Assembly (NCBI GenBank): GCA_047495785.1
Contig: JBLDXI010000032.1
Coordinates: forward strand, 2,914,001-2,978,000
Direction of reading: 5' to 3'
DNA from: Lepidodermella squamata
Lineage: Eukaryota; Animalia; Gastrotricha
DNA: 64,000 nucleotides
The notes beneath the pieces are model-generated. The model was not told the DNA's origin, did not search any database, and saw nothing but the letters and a program-made list of their open reading frames with translations. Of the stretch, positions 35,435 through 46,400 are shown piece after piece; the first letter of the stretch is position 1; each line of letters opens with the position of its first letter. Position numbers and translations under genes: made by a program.

Positions 35435-35679
35435 CAGATTGGCGCGCGAATAACGACGTCAAGTGGTTAGAAGCAGCTGCCGCTTTAGGGAAAACCGCAT
35501 CCGAGCCCCCTAGCAACGTTGAACGTTGAAGGGGTTGCTATTTAATATTTTCATTGTATTCCGATTAACAATATTATTATTTAATATAATATATTTAATA
35601 AACAATTAAAAATAAACGTGACAGTCGTTGCGGATTTTCGGCTTGCAATATGGGCACCGATGACGCTGCCGACAGCATG
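35435..35679 (-). repeat. Right TIR, outer element
   Basis: Reverse complement of 16799-17047. Direct repeat of 33924-34168. Confidence 0.95.
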
Positions 35680-36234
35680 GTGCCAGCTTGACGCGGAGAT
35701 CCGGCGGCAAAAAAGCGAGTGAAAATCAAAATGAAAATCGACATGGTTTTACGCTTCCTGTCAACCATTCCTGTCAGCTTGATAAACGCCGCATTCAATG
35801 CATGGATGATTGATGTTGCGGTTATTGGGCTGGAACACGGTGATTTTGAGATGCCTAGGCCGCTCGATCACATGCTACTCACGTGCTAGGGTCAGCTTTT
35901 ATACGACTGGGATAACCCCATCCCAAGTTTCTGCTGCAGTTAAATCTAACGCGATTTATTGGAATTTATGGTTTATGTTTTGGCTGTGAACCTATCGCTT
36001 TGTTACTCCCGATTACTGGCCACTTTAACTTCCATCTTTACTTAGTTGGGCAATCCTTCATCGGTAGCTGTAAATCTGAGGTCATACAGCCTTAGGTCAA
36101 GAACAGAACTTCTCAGATTGGCAATTCGGCTTTCGACAACTCCCCTGTTTACTATCCTTGACATTTTAATTTATGACGCTTGTCATTTAGGACTAAAGCA
36201 TTCAACGTTTCATTTTTAACAACGATTTGAGCTG

Positions 36235-38132
36235 ATGACTGATAACGACCATTGGCTGAAACAGTTTCCTCCGAGGATAATGGATTCTAGACACCGCCCA
36301 TCCAAACAAGCGATGGAAAGAAAACTCAAGCGCAACTCTGGGAAACCCTACCGTCAGTCAGATAAATGGGTTAGCGCTAAGTTTAATTCCGGTCGTAAGC
36401 CTGTTTACTTCAAGTGAGGTTGCTGGCCTAAATGCTCCTTGAAATTCAATGAAAATTCAGTCAAACAATGCTTTAACACTTACTGGTCCCGAGCATCTAT
36501 CGACGCTAGACGAGCATTCATCAACCGTTACGTCAGTTATAAACAGAAACGAGAGAATGGTCCTCGAATATTTGATTATTACTTACCAGGCAACTACTTA
36601 GCAACCCCTTCGCCTTCACAATCTAGGGACTCAATCGAAGTATGCAGGTCTTTCTTTCTGAAGGCGCTCAATGAAACTCGCCCTTTTATAAACACAACTG
36701 TTGAGAAAAAAGTCGAAGACGGCTTCTACATCATACCAGATCAACGCGGTCGCCATAAGCCGCCGAATACCACCAGCGATAATGCTTACAAATTTGTTCA
36801 TCAGCACATCACTTCTTTCGAGCGATTAGACAGTCATTATGCGAGAAGTCAAACTAGCAAGCAATATCTCGGGTCCGCGCTCAATCTGAAGGAAATGCAT
36901 CGAATCTACTGCATAGCACACCAAAACTGGGCTCTGCGTACTGATGAGAAACCCGTCAAATACGCTACTTACCGATCCATATTCAAGAGATCTTTTCCCA
37001 ATCTCGCTTTCAGTCATCCCCAGAAGGACACCTGCAAGAAATGCACACGATTTGCGACTTTGCCGGATGAACTGTTCACTCATGAAGTGATCGTGGAGAA
37101 ACGGAACCACGAATCCAAAAGACATGCTGCAAGAGATGCCAAGAATGCTGACAAAATTCTAGCAAAACAGGCGAAAGGATTGATCTTGTGCATCCAGTTT
37201 GATATGCAGTCAATCCTCGAAAGCCCTGGCTGCTCGATAATGTACAAAAAAAGTTCCACACCTTAAACCTGACTATCTACGATACTTCATCAAAAGATGT
37301 TTACTGTTTCATGTGGGATCAAACAGAAGAGGGTCGTGGGACGGATGAAGTTGGTTCATGTCTCTATAAATTCATCACTGAAATGATTCCTGGAGAAGTT
37401 GAGCAGTTGATTTTATGGAGCGACAGCACTGGAAGCCAAAACAAATCTCAGTACATTGTCAACGCTTTATTCGCGGCCTTGTCCAATTGCAAAGGTAATC
37501 TCAAAGTCATCGATTACAAGTTTTTCGAACCGGGCCACTCGCAAACGGAATGTGATTCGGTGCATGCCACTATTGAAAGGGAAGCTAAGAATAAACGAGT
37601 CAACATCAGCTATTCAAAGGAATGGAGAGAAATCGTGGCCGCGTCGCGGAAGGCTCCGATTGATGCTGATCTGAGACTCGAAGTGTAAGGCGAGGAAACA
37701 CCAAACCGCTTGAAAGTGAAACCATACAGCATAACTGAAATGCAATTTTCAAGCTTCTTCAGCTTTGACAAGTCACCAAAGTTCGCTCAGTATTGTCAAG
37801 ACGAACAGAAAAATGATGTTAAATGATCGGAGCCATGTTGGTTCAGATACGAGAAAGACTACCCTAATCATCTCCAAACCAAGAAAACTTTCGACTTGGC
37901 TTTTCATACTTTCGTCGCCAAGCGCTACAACAAAGACGTCATTTTGTTTCCTTTCCAACTTGTTCAAAAATACGAAAAGCGATTGCCGATCGAATTCAGT
38001 CTTAAGAAGGATCTCATCGAAATGGTCAACAAAGGCACCATTCCAGAAGCTTATCGCTCAGTCATAATGGCTTACGAAGAAGACGCAGACAAACCTACTG
38101 CTTGCAGCATTGACGCTAAACCTCCGCCGTGA
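36235..38132 (+). pseudogene. Degenerate Sola1-type DDD transposase
   Basis: Motifs VCRSFFLKAL, DQRGRH, SHYAR, PQKDTCKKC, FDMQSILESP, MWDQTEEGRGTDEVGSCL, LWSDSTGSQNK and FEPGHSQTECDSVHATIER. Broken by a stop at 36415, a frameshift in the A-run near 37250, a stop at 37686 and further shifts. Confidence 0.8.
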
Positions 38133-38494
38133 CATTACGCCCTCGAAACTTGAAAGGATATGACTACTTGAAAGCGTTTCAAAATTATTAAAACAAGCTT
38201 ATTGTTTGAACTGTGTTTTACTCGAGCTGTCTAAGAACGATTTCTGAAGTTTCTGAAACGTTTCCTGCATGATTATCTCGGAATTCCCAGCGCAGATACC
38301 TCAGACCTCAGAATGACCGCAATATCGAAGATATTTGTTGGTCATTATTTGTCCAGTACATATATTATTTTCACACAGAATACAATGGGCTATATCTTAC
38401 TACATGTGTGCGTAGTGCTATTTATAGTGCGTAGTACTCTGGATAGGAATTTTTTCATTGGCTCCTTATAGCGCAAAATCATCGACTTTCTGCC

Positions 38495-39335
38495 ACGATT
38501 TTGCCTGCTTGCGAAAAGATCACTCATCAAAGATCACTGATCAAATCAGGCGGGCCCGATTGCAGAGCAGTGCTGACGGAGATGGTGGCTGAGGCTAACG
38601 AAGCTGGCCAAACCTTTGAACTGAATAAATGGATGCGTCAGTATTCTATTTGGCGCGAGCGAGTTCGAGGTATTCCAGCTGAGTGCAAATAAGACCCAGT
38701 TCAAGTTTTTTACAAGTTTATGAACGAGCCTACGTTGTACGAGGGTCTGGCTGATTTCATGGACTTTTATTTAAAGTGCGCCTTAAAATCGCACTGCGAG
38801 TCAATCGTGGAGTCGATGGGGTCGGTTTTAGATCGACATGCGAGCCACGATCGACCCGTTAGCGACGAAGTTGTTTCAAATAAAACCTTTATTCACTGGA
38901 ATGGTCCGAATCCTGCAAACGAAAAATCAACAGCATACATAGAATCAGCTTTGAACCATCACGTCAAAGGGAAGGCGTGGCACTTATTCAAGAACCGGTC
39001 GGAAGAAAGACGGCTGAAATTGCATCGCGTCAGCAAAGATGTTGATCGTTGATCGACTTGCCAAGCAGAAGGGCAAAATGGAATTTTGATCTCTCTTGTG
39101 TTCACATTTTTCATCAAATAAACTGTGTGAAATGCGCGATTCTTTTCCGCGTTTAATTTATTGTCTTAATTTTTCCCATTGTAACGCTCAATTTCAGTTA
39201 GGGAAGCTCCATACCTAATCTTCACACAAGCTTCCCAAAGGAGGCTTCCCGAAGGTTCCCACGATTTGTGAAGTGATCAACGCCAGCTGAAACTAGTTTC
39301 CCGATTAAAAAAAATATTTTCCCAAATCTTCCCGA
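38495..39335 (+). mobile_element. hAT-like transposon 3' remnant, copy 3 (most complete)
   Basis: ORF 38720-39052 (LKSHCESIVESMGSVL...DRPVSDEVVSNKTFIHWNGP) resembles a hAT C-terminal dimerisation motif. Frameshifted, with a TTCCC-rich end. Confidence 0.5.
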
Positions 39336-39932
39336 ATATTTGTGCTCAATGGAGAATTGGGAAAACGCGTTTCCCACGAATCTTAAGAACAGATAATCAA
39401 TGTCTAAACCTGAAACATGTCATTTTTAGCTCATTTCCAAGTGCTGAGATGTCGCCTTATTACTCGGAATAATGTAATAATGATTCATCTTCCAACTTGG
39501 TAGATAAATCATTATTGTTAACCCTGGTCTATGCCTTGAAGTCAAAGAGACCACCAATCATACGCAACTCAACGAATGGTTTTATTCATGGTATTAAATG
39601 CCTTATATACGATGCTCCCAGACAACGATATCAATAGATGAATAGATAGTCATTAGTTGAATGTCGTTGCTTGGTGCATCCCAGGTCTACATTATTACAT
39701 CATTCCGAGTTGAATTTTACAACATGGTTGAATCCCTTGTCGCGGCGTTTCACAGCATACTGATGACTCTCATATTCGTCAACGACCGTTTTCTCCCCAT
39801 ATGTACATGTTTACAGACATTCGTGTCAGGTTTTCTCCATATCGTGACAGATTTAATATTAATAGAATTTAGCATTGCCTTCACATGGTATGTATTCCGC
39901 CTTCTTTTACGTAACTATATATTTTGAAAAAA

Positions 39933-40796
39933 ATGACTACTTCTAAAATGTGTTTCATCGCTTCTGCGATCCTAGCTGTTATTCCTGCTACAGATGCATT
40001 GCAATGCTATACAGGAGAGTCAACAAGTTCAAGCCTGTCTTATTTTTCTTCTTCCGCCACTTTCCCGTCAACTGGTTTCCTGTGTGCAAAAACCTTCGTT
40101 CAACTCGATATTCAAGGATCGTTCGGGTTGAGAACGTCAACAATTTCCTACGTTTGGAACGCAACTGACGTCAGCGCCGTGCCAAACGCGCCAGATTGTG
40201 ACGGAATTTACGAAACTTCAGTTGCAACTAGCGAAGCCGGCATTGTTGGTAAGGTCTACATGCGAATATGCTTCTGCTGTGGGGATAACTGCAACGACGC
40301 GCGGGTGGACCAGCGCTGCAACGACCCACCGGTGTTCACGCATCAATGTAAGAGTTACGTATCAACTGGCGCCTCGATGTCGCCAAAATTGCCGTCCTAC
40401 AAAGCGATTGATGTCGACTGTACAAAGACACAGCTTTGCATCAAGGCCTACGGCGGTGTTTCTGCGAATTACAGTGCAGCCTTAAGGGAACCTGCCCCAA
40501 TGTACGTGTGGGGTTGTAGCACGTTGGGCAATATTACCTGTGGGACGAATATTGCGAAGCGGGCAGACAGCCGTGGCTATGCGTCACAAACTACTTGCAC
40601 GTGCTGCGGTAATTTGTGCAATGACGCGCGAATGGACTCGGCACTTGCAAACAAGGTAGATTGCGGAGCATATGCTGCAACATCTGCTGCAACATCACCT
40701 ACGTCAGATCGAGCTGCAAAATCTTTTTCGTCCCATGTCTCATGGTCATTGATTGCAGCAGCTCTTCTGAATTTGTCTATTCAATTCGGAATTTGA
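39933..40796 (+). CDS. Intronless GPI-anchored two-domain Ly6-like protein, copy 3
   Basis: Paralogue of copies 1 and 2. ATG at 39933. Confidence 0.8.
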   Translation: MTTSKMCFIASAILAVIPATDALQCYTGESTSSSLSYFSSSATFPSTGFLCAKTFVQLDIQGSFGLRTSTISYVWNATDVSAVPNAPDCDGIYETSVATSEAGIVGKVYMRICFCCGDNCNDARVDQRCNDPPVFTHQCKSYVSTGASMSPKLPSYKAIDVDCTKTQLCIKAYGGVSANYSAALREPAPMYVWGCSTLGNITCGTNIAKRADSRGYASQTTCTCCGNLCNDARMDSALANKVDCGAYAATSAATSPTSDRAAKSFSSHVSWSLIAAALLNLSIQFGI

Positions 40797-41069
40797 AAAT
40801 ACATAACACCATGGAAATGAATATATTCTCTTGATTTTTTTTATCACTATCATTCATTAACATGGTCTATCGAACCATCGCTAAATTGAACGTATGACCT
40901 GGTATCAATTAAGCAATGACATTAATGAAAAGTGTTCATGTTTATTGTTTAAATATTTTCTCTACATGTCGCTCTGCTATGCATTTTTCTGATCATTGGC
41001 ATTCGTCTCCTTCGGTTTAAAATCTTGCCAGCATTTGTGTAAATTTTAATAAAAGTTCCATGCCTACTT

Positions 41070-41312
41070 CGAATAGGAATTCGAATATGCCGCGAAAGCA
41101 TTGACATTATGGACTCATACGAGAAATCACTCTCAGAGTATGGCATAGCCGACCTGATGGAGCTTCTTAAAAGTTCCGCAGAGTTTCTCGGTTGTAGAGT
41201 GTTCACAAATTCTGTTAAGCTGCAAGGTGACCAGTCTGAAGTGTGCGGCTACTACACATTATATTTTCATAGGCTGCTGTCTATGAACATCAATTTTTTC
41301 GAAGTTAAATAA
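41070..41312 (+). pseudogene. Adenain-like (Polinton/Maverick) cysteine protease fragment
   Basis: IDIMDSYE...TNSVKLQGDQSEVCGYYTLYF matches the adenain FDSYG...N...Q...S..CG.Y/F signature. The N-terminal His region is missing. Confidence 0.55.
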
Positions 41313-41407
41313 ACCAATCGGAGATCAGCCGAAAATTGGCCACAGCTTTATTAGGCAAAAGGATTTTAATGTTAATATGAGGATGTGCACCGTTTCCAAT
41401 TGCCCCT

Positions 41408-41595
41408 CGACTTGCGCGCCAGAACAGAGTGCCGGAAATAGAAACACATGGCGTAATGCATTTGATGCGCAGAAAAAACTGGCGTTCAACTTTTTTTCTA
41501 GCGATCAGGCACGCGACTGACTTGGCGAAGATGCAAAAAGTTAGTTTTACGCCATTTGTTTCTATTTGCGGCACACTGTTCTGGCGCGCAAGTCG
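41408..41595. repeat. 49-bp inverted repeat pair (MITE-like fold-back)
   Basis: 41408-41456 and 41547-41595 are reverse complements with 3 mismatches. Confidence 0.8.
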
Positions 41596-41942
41596 CGACA
41601 TGAAACCAGTGGAAAAACTTGATAGTTGCCAACACGAAAGCTGCGTAATGAGAGATAATAATCCTCACAAAAGCCCCCAGCAGGCTGCTCATCATTTCGG
41701 TGTGGAATTTTCCACAACTGTTCAGCTACAAAATCCCGCCATGAGCTGCAAAAAACTCGAGAGCGCGTGAGTTATTGTGCATCTTGAATATCCCCCAAAT
41801 GGCTGCCTCTACATATCAAAATAAGCAGGTTGAATGTTGGCAAAAATTGATATTTTTAAAGAAAGTTGTACAAAATTCGACTGAATGATGTGTCCTCGAT
41901 TTTCCATTCTATTGCAAATTTATTTTCAAAATTAATAAATAA

Positions 41943-42870
41943 TCAAGGCTTTTCGACAATAAGCACGTTACTGTTTTGTTTACCCCAATAGTCATTCGAC
42001 GGCGTCCCCGCAATTACGCCATTCAGCGACTTATTTTCCTCCAGCAGCTTGAGATAATCAGCAACCATCGTCCGGTCAATGTCTTCAATCAAAAACATGC
42101 CACCGGGTCTCAGGTGATCGAAGGCAATCAACAGAAAGTCACGATTCGGCTCAAATTCGTGAATTCCATCCATGACAACTACGTCGAATTTTCCGAGTTC
42201 TTTAAACACAAGTTCTATGTCATTCTTTTCGCGTTGATCGCAGTAGATTGTTTGAATTCGCGTCTCATTGAACAGAACGTCCTTGTCAATATCGGCACCG
42301 AAAATTCGAGCGTTAGGGAAGTAATCCCGCCAGGCTCGAAGCGACGCGCCCGGCTTGTAGTCTGGTCCCATATTGGCCGGTATGTCAGGATTGTTCGTAC
42401 CAACGCCGACTTCCAGCATTTTGAACGTGTCTTCTCGAATATCGCTGAAGAGGGCCTCGAAAAGAACCGTGTAATGATGAACAGAACATTTATCGCTGCC
42501 GTATTTGTCCATCAGTTCGCATAGCTTGGACGGCCTTTCTAAATACGGTTGTCCCTTGTTGAATTCGTTATCCAACGACTTGCAAAGCTCTTTGTTAGGG
42601 CCTTTACAATAATAGCTCGACCATTCCGGATCAGGTGTTGTCTGGAAAATTCCGGTTATAAAATTTGGATAACATTAAGGTATAAGTCTTAACCTCAGGC
42701 GGCTCGGGGACGGCTACTTCGGAGACTACGGTGTGGCCAGCAATTAGCGAGGCCGCTGAAGCCGCCTCATTATCCGCATTATCTCGTTGGCGGATGTGGC
42801 AAATGGTAAAAATTAGGTATCCAAACGTAAACGCTGTCAATAGGTAAGTATTTCGTGTATAGGCCTGCAT
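41943..42870 (-). CDS. Type II membrane class I SAM-dependent (sugar O-)methyltransferase, 291 aa, 2 exons
   Basis: Exon 1 (42870-42694) encodes a signal anchor and stem. After a 52-bp GT-AG intron (42693-42642), exon 2 (42641-41943) continues in frame: GSDK..HHY, MLEVGVG, GASLRAWRDYFPNARIFGADID, CDQ, FDVVVMDGIH, LRPGGMFLIED. Confidence 0.85.
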
Positions 42871-43454
42871 GACCTTGGTCTCTGAAAATTCTTTTTACAA
42901 CCAGCAAAAGTGTTTTCAAAATAGGAACGAGCACTTTTTTCATTAATTGCAATGGGCACGTGCCTTTATCTGCTACGTCACCTATTCTTCTTTCTTCAAT
43001 TTCATTCAGTAAAATTTATTAGGAAACCCCAAATTGAAAAATGATTGGAAACAATAATTTACTCCGATTTTAATCCAAAACAAATTATTTGCTTATATCC
43101 TGTGGGAGTTACATTGCCTCATTTGTTGCAGATGGTGGCTGAATGGCTAAAAAATCTCAAACTTGGCGTGCAGGTGAAGAGGCGTGTTCTCATGAGTATT
43201 TTTATTAGCCGGTGCTCTTTTATTTAGCCGTGGCTCCTGGCAACACTTATCGATTAAAATTGAGGCGGAAAAGAATGCTGACTTACTTCTCTCGCTCAAG
43301 GACCTTCCGCGGCTCACCTGAGCGAGCAAAAAAACATAATACGGATTATTTTATTGCCAGCTATCTTGAATTTATACAATGCTTATGATTTTCACTAGTT
43401 TCGAGCCAAAATAATAAAACAAAACTCGGTTATATCGATGATTAATAACCCAGA

Positions 43455-46400
43455 ATGATGAGCGATAAATCTAGATCAGACAGTATTGCTGATTGGAATC
43501 CTAATGAGGTATAACAATTTTCTTACTTGAGATAAAGTTCGAGTTCAATCAATTTACTCAATAGCCTTATGCGGAACGATTAGCTCGTTATATTTCCGAG
43601 TCCTTTGAACTTCGACGATGCACTCGTTATGTGAAGGTTGACCTAGATCAGGACAGAGCTGTTCTCAGTCGGTTCTTTAAGCCGTAGGTTTTTGCAATTT
43701 CACAAAGTATTGCGAATTTCTGGGCAAATTTTATTTTAGAGATGACTGTATTTGCGGCCATTCGATCGACTGGCACTTGAAGCACAACGCCTTCCCTGCC
43801 CATAAATCAGCAACTGCAACTCAAAAATCGGGCGAAAAATGGTCGCCAAAAGCTGATGCTGTTCCTTACCCGTGCAACACCTATGGCAAGTTGTATTTCT
43901 CACCAGGCGACGGCTACGGCGCTTCGAACATTCTACCCGGAGCCTCGGCAAATTTCATTCGGTTGGCGGGGAAAATTGATGACTCACCTTATATGGAGAA
44001 AGTCTATCGGCTCATGACCGAATTATGGCGAGTGCCACGGCCGCAGTTAATTATTGAGGTTACAGGTGAGGTTCAAATTTTGATTGAAAAATAACTAGAA
44101 TTTTAGTGAAATTTGAAAATTAAGGTATGGCCTCAAAAATGGCGCGGGTTGATCCAGATGTTCTCGAGCGTTTCAACAATGGTCTGATTAACGCAGCTCG
44201 AACAGCCAATGCCTGGCTAGTCACAGGTGGGACGAATTGCGGTGTAATGAAGCTGATTGGCGATGCTGTTGCCAAATCGCGCATGACCTTGGGTGATCAC
44301 TCCAGCGTGACCTGTCTCGGAATAGCATCCTGGGGCGTTGTAAACCGACGCGATGACCTGGTCAATGGCGACTTAATCAAGAGAAATAACATTTTCACCG
44401 TCGCGACAAATCTCAGCTCAGCAAATCCTGTGAGAAATTAAAATTAATTTTTTCTTCAATCGAATTATTCGAATTTAAACAGGCGCCAAGTGTTGCAGTT
44501 GACCTAGGTGGAGGTAATAGCTCGAACCCTTGGAAAACTAGGTCATTCGCGCCTGGTTCGAGTAATAATAATGAGGACGCTTGGGCGCCGACTTACGTGG
44601 TTGAAACAGCCGAAAATTGCTACGATGGTGTTTCCCTGAACCCGGGCCACAATTGCTTCTTACTAGTCGACAACGCGAAGGACAAACGATTCGGCGAAGA
44701 AATCTCGTTTCGAGCTCAATTTCTACACTACATCTCGCAGAAGACGCTACGAGGCCCTGGCGGGGCGAATGTAGCTCGAACTCCTTTAGTTTTGCTAGTC
44801 GTTGGCGGTGGGACAAATACTTTGAAAACCGTCGAGATATCAATTGCGAGCAATTCGGCGGATTTGACGGATTCTGCTAGGTTCGGCGGATCGAATTCAA
44901 CCCTGAATAGCTCGAAGCCGAATGTAGACGAACAGTGGCCTAGACCGGTGATTTGCCTACCCGGCTTTGGAGGAGCAGCTGATCTCATCGCTTATGCAAT
45001 GACAATTTCTCTCCCAAAATTAAAATCAAAAGGGACCCTAAATTCCAATGGAATGAGGTAATGAAATTCTCGTCCCAATTTTCAAAAAATTTCAATTTTT
45101 TTCCCAAGTGATGACAGTGAAACTAGCGACGTACCGTTAGATTTTGACGAGCGGATGATTCGACAGTCAGCTTTTAACGAAATGCTGAGAAAAATACCCG
45201 ACAATCGCAAAGAGGAAGAGAGCCGAATAATTCTGGCCAGATTGAGGAACTGCCTCAAGAATAGATCCATGGTAAAATTTTGAATATATAATCCGCCTTA
45301 ATATTTCTAAAATATATTCTTAGATAACCATTGTCGATCTACATGATGCTAACGATTGCGTTCCGTTGGATCAAGCGATTTTAAACGCTATTTTTCGATC
45401 GAATTTCGGTTCGCCCGAGACAACTTTCTGCCTAGCCCAGATGTGGAACCGGAGCGAAATTGCGAAACAGTTGTTGGAGAAATACGAGCAGGATTTGAGG
45501 ATAAATGTCGACATGACCGCCGCCTTAACTAGAGCTCTTATTTACGGTCAAACCGAATTTGTTGACCTAATTAACGAGTTCAATTTGGTCGATATTTACA
45601 GCTACCTAACTTTGTCCCAAATTAGGTCACTTTATTCTGAGGTGAGTGAATTTTTCCGATTTTTTTTGTATTTATCTACGATTTTTCCAGATTTTTATCC
45701 GGCGAAAAGGAAAGCCGGGAAAGTCGGCCTGTTTATGGCTTTTCCGAAGTTTTATCATGAACTTAACCGGGGACGAATCGCTGTCGTTGGACCCGACTAA
45801 TCCGAGATTTTTCCATTTAATCGGAAATGTTTTAAGCCGGCTTCTCGGCTGTTACCTCGACAACGTTTTCACCGGCGAGAAGTGCTACTTAACCCCGGCT
45901 GATGGTGACGATTTGATACAAATAGGCGGATTTCAAACAACAACAGATCAACGCTCATTTTCGCTATCTTCAACTGGGTCGAGATTGACGCGGCCTTATG
46001 AAACCAGCTTAAGGGATTTGTTCATCCTCCAGTTGCTGCTCTACCGCGACGACATGGCAATATGGGTGTGGAAACAGGGCCGCGATCACATCGGAACGGC
46101 TCTTATGGCTTCGATTTTCCTGAATTCGCTGGCTAAAGAGGCGAATCGTTTGGACATGACCGATCTTAGCTCAGACTTTGAGCAACAATCAAAGTGAATA
46201 TTCAGGTTTTTTATCGATTTTATTATCGATTATTTTTTAGTGAATGGCTTGAGAGGGCTGTTTTGATGCTTGCTGCCTGCTATGAGCAGGAACCTATGAC
46301 GATAAGTGATGTCCTAACTCGAAGCCTTCACACATGGCAAGGCATGAGTCTGCTTGAAATGGCATTTTATGGCCAGAAAATGCATTTCATGGAACAGCCA

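Larger units (their letters stand above)
16799..35679 (+). mobile_element. Outer copy of the ~9.45 kb kleisin-carrying DDE transposon, interrupted by a second copy
   Basis: TIRs at 16799-17047 and 35435-35679 (CATGCTGTCGGCAGCGTC...GACGCTGCCGACAGCATG). GT flanks both ends (16797-16798, 35680-35681), a 2-bp TSD. 16799-24740 plus 34171-35679 reconstitutes one full element. Confidence 0.93.

Noticed and set aside
35682-38495. Intact autonomous Sola1 element
   Set aside because: Multiple stops and frameshifts, and no matching pair of TIRs was found in the window.
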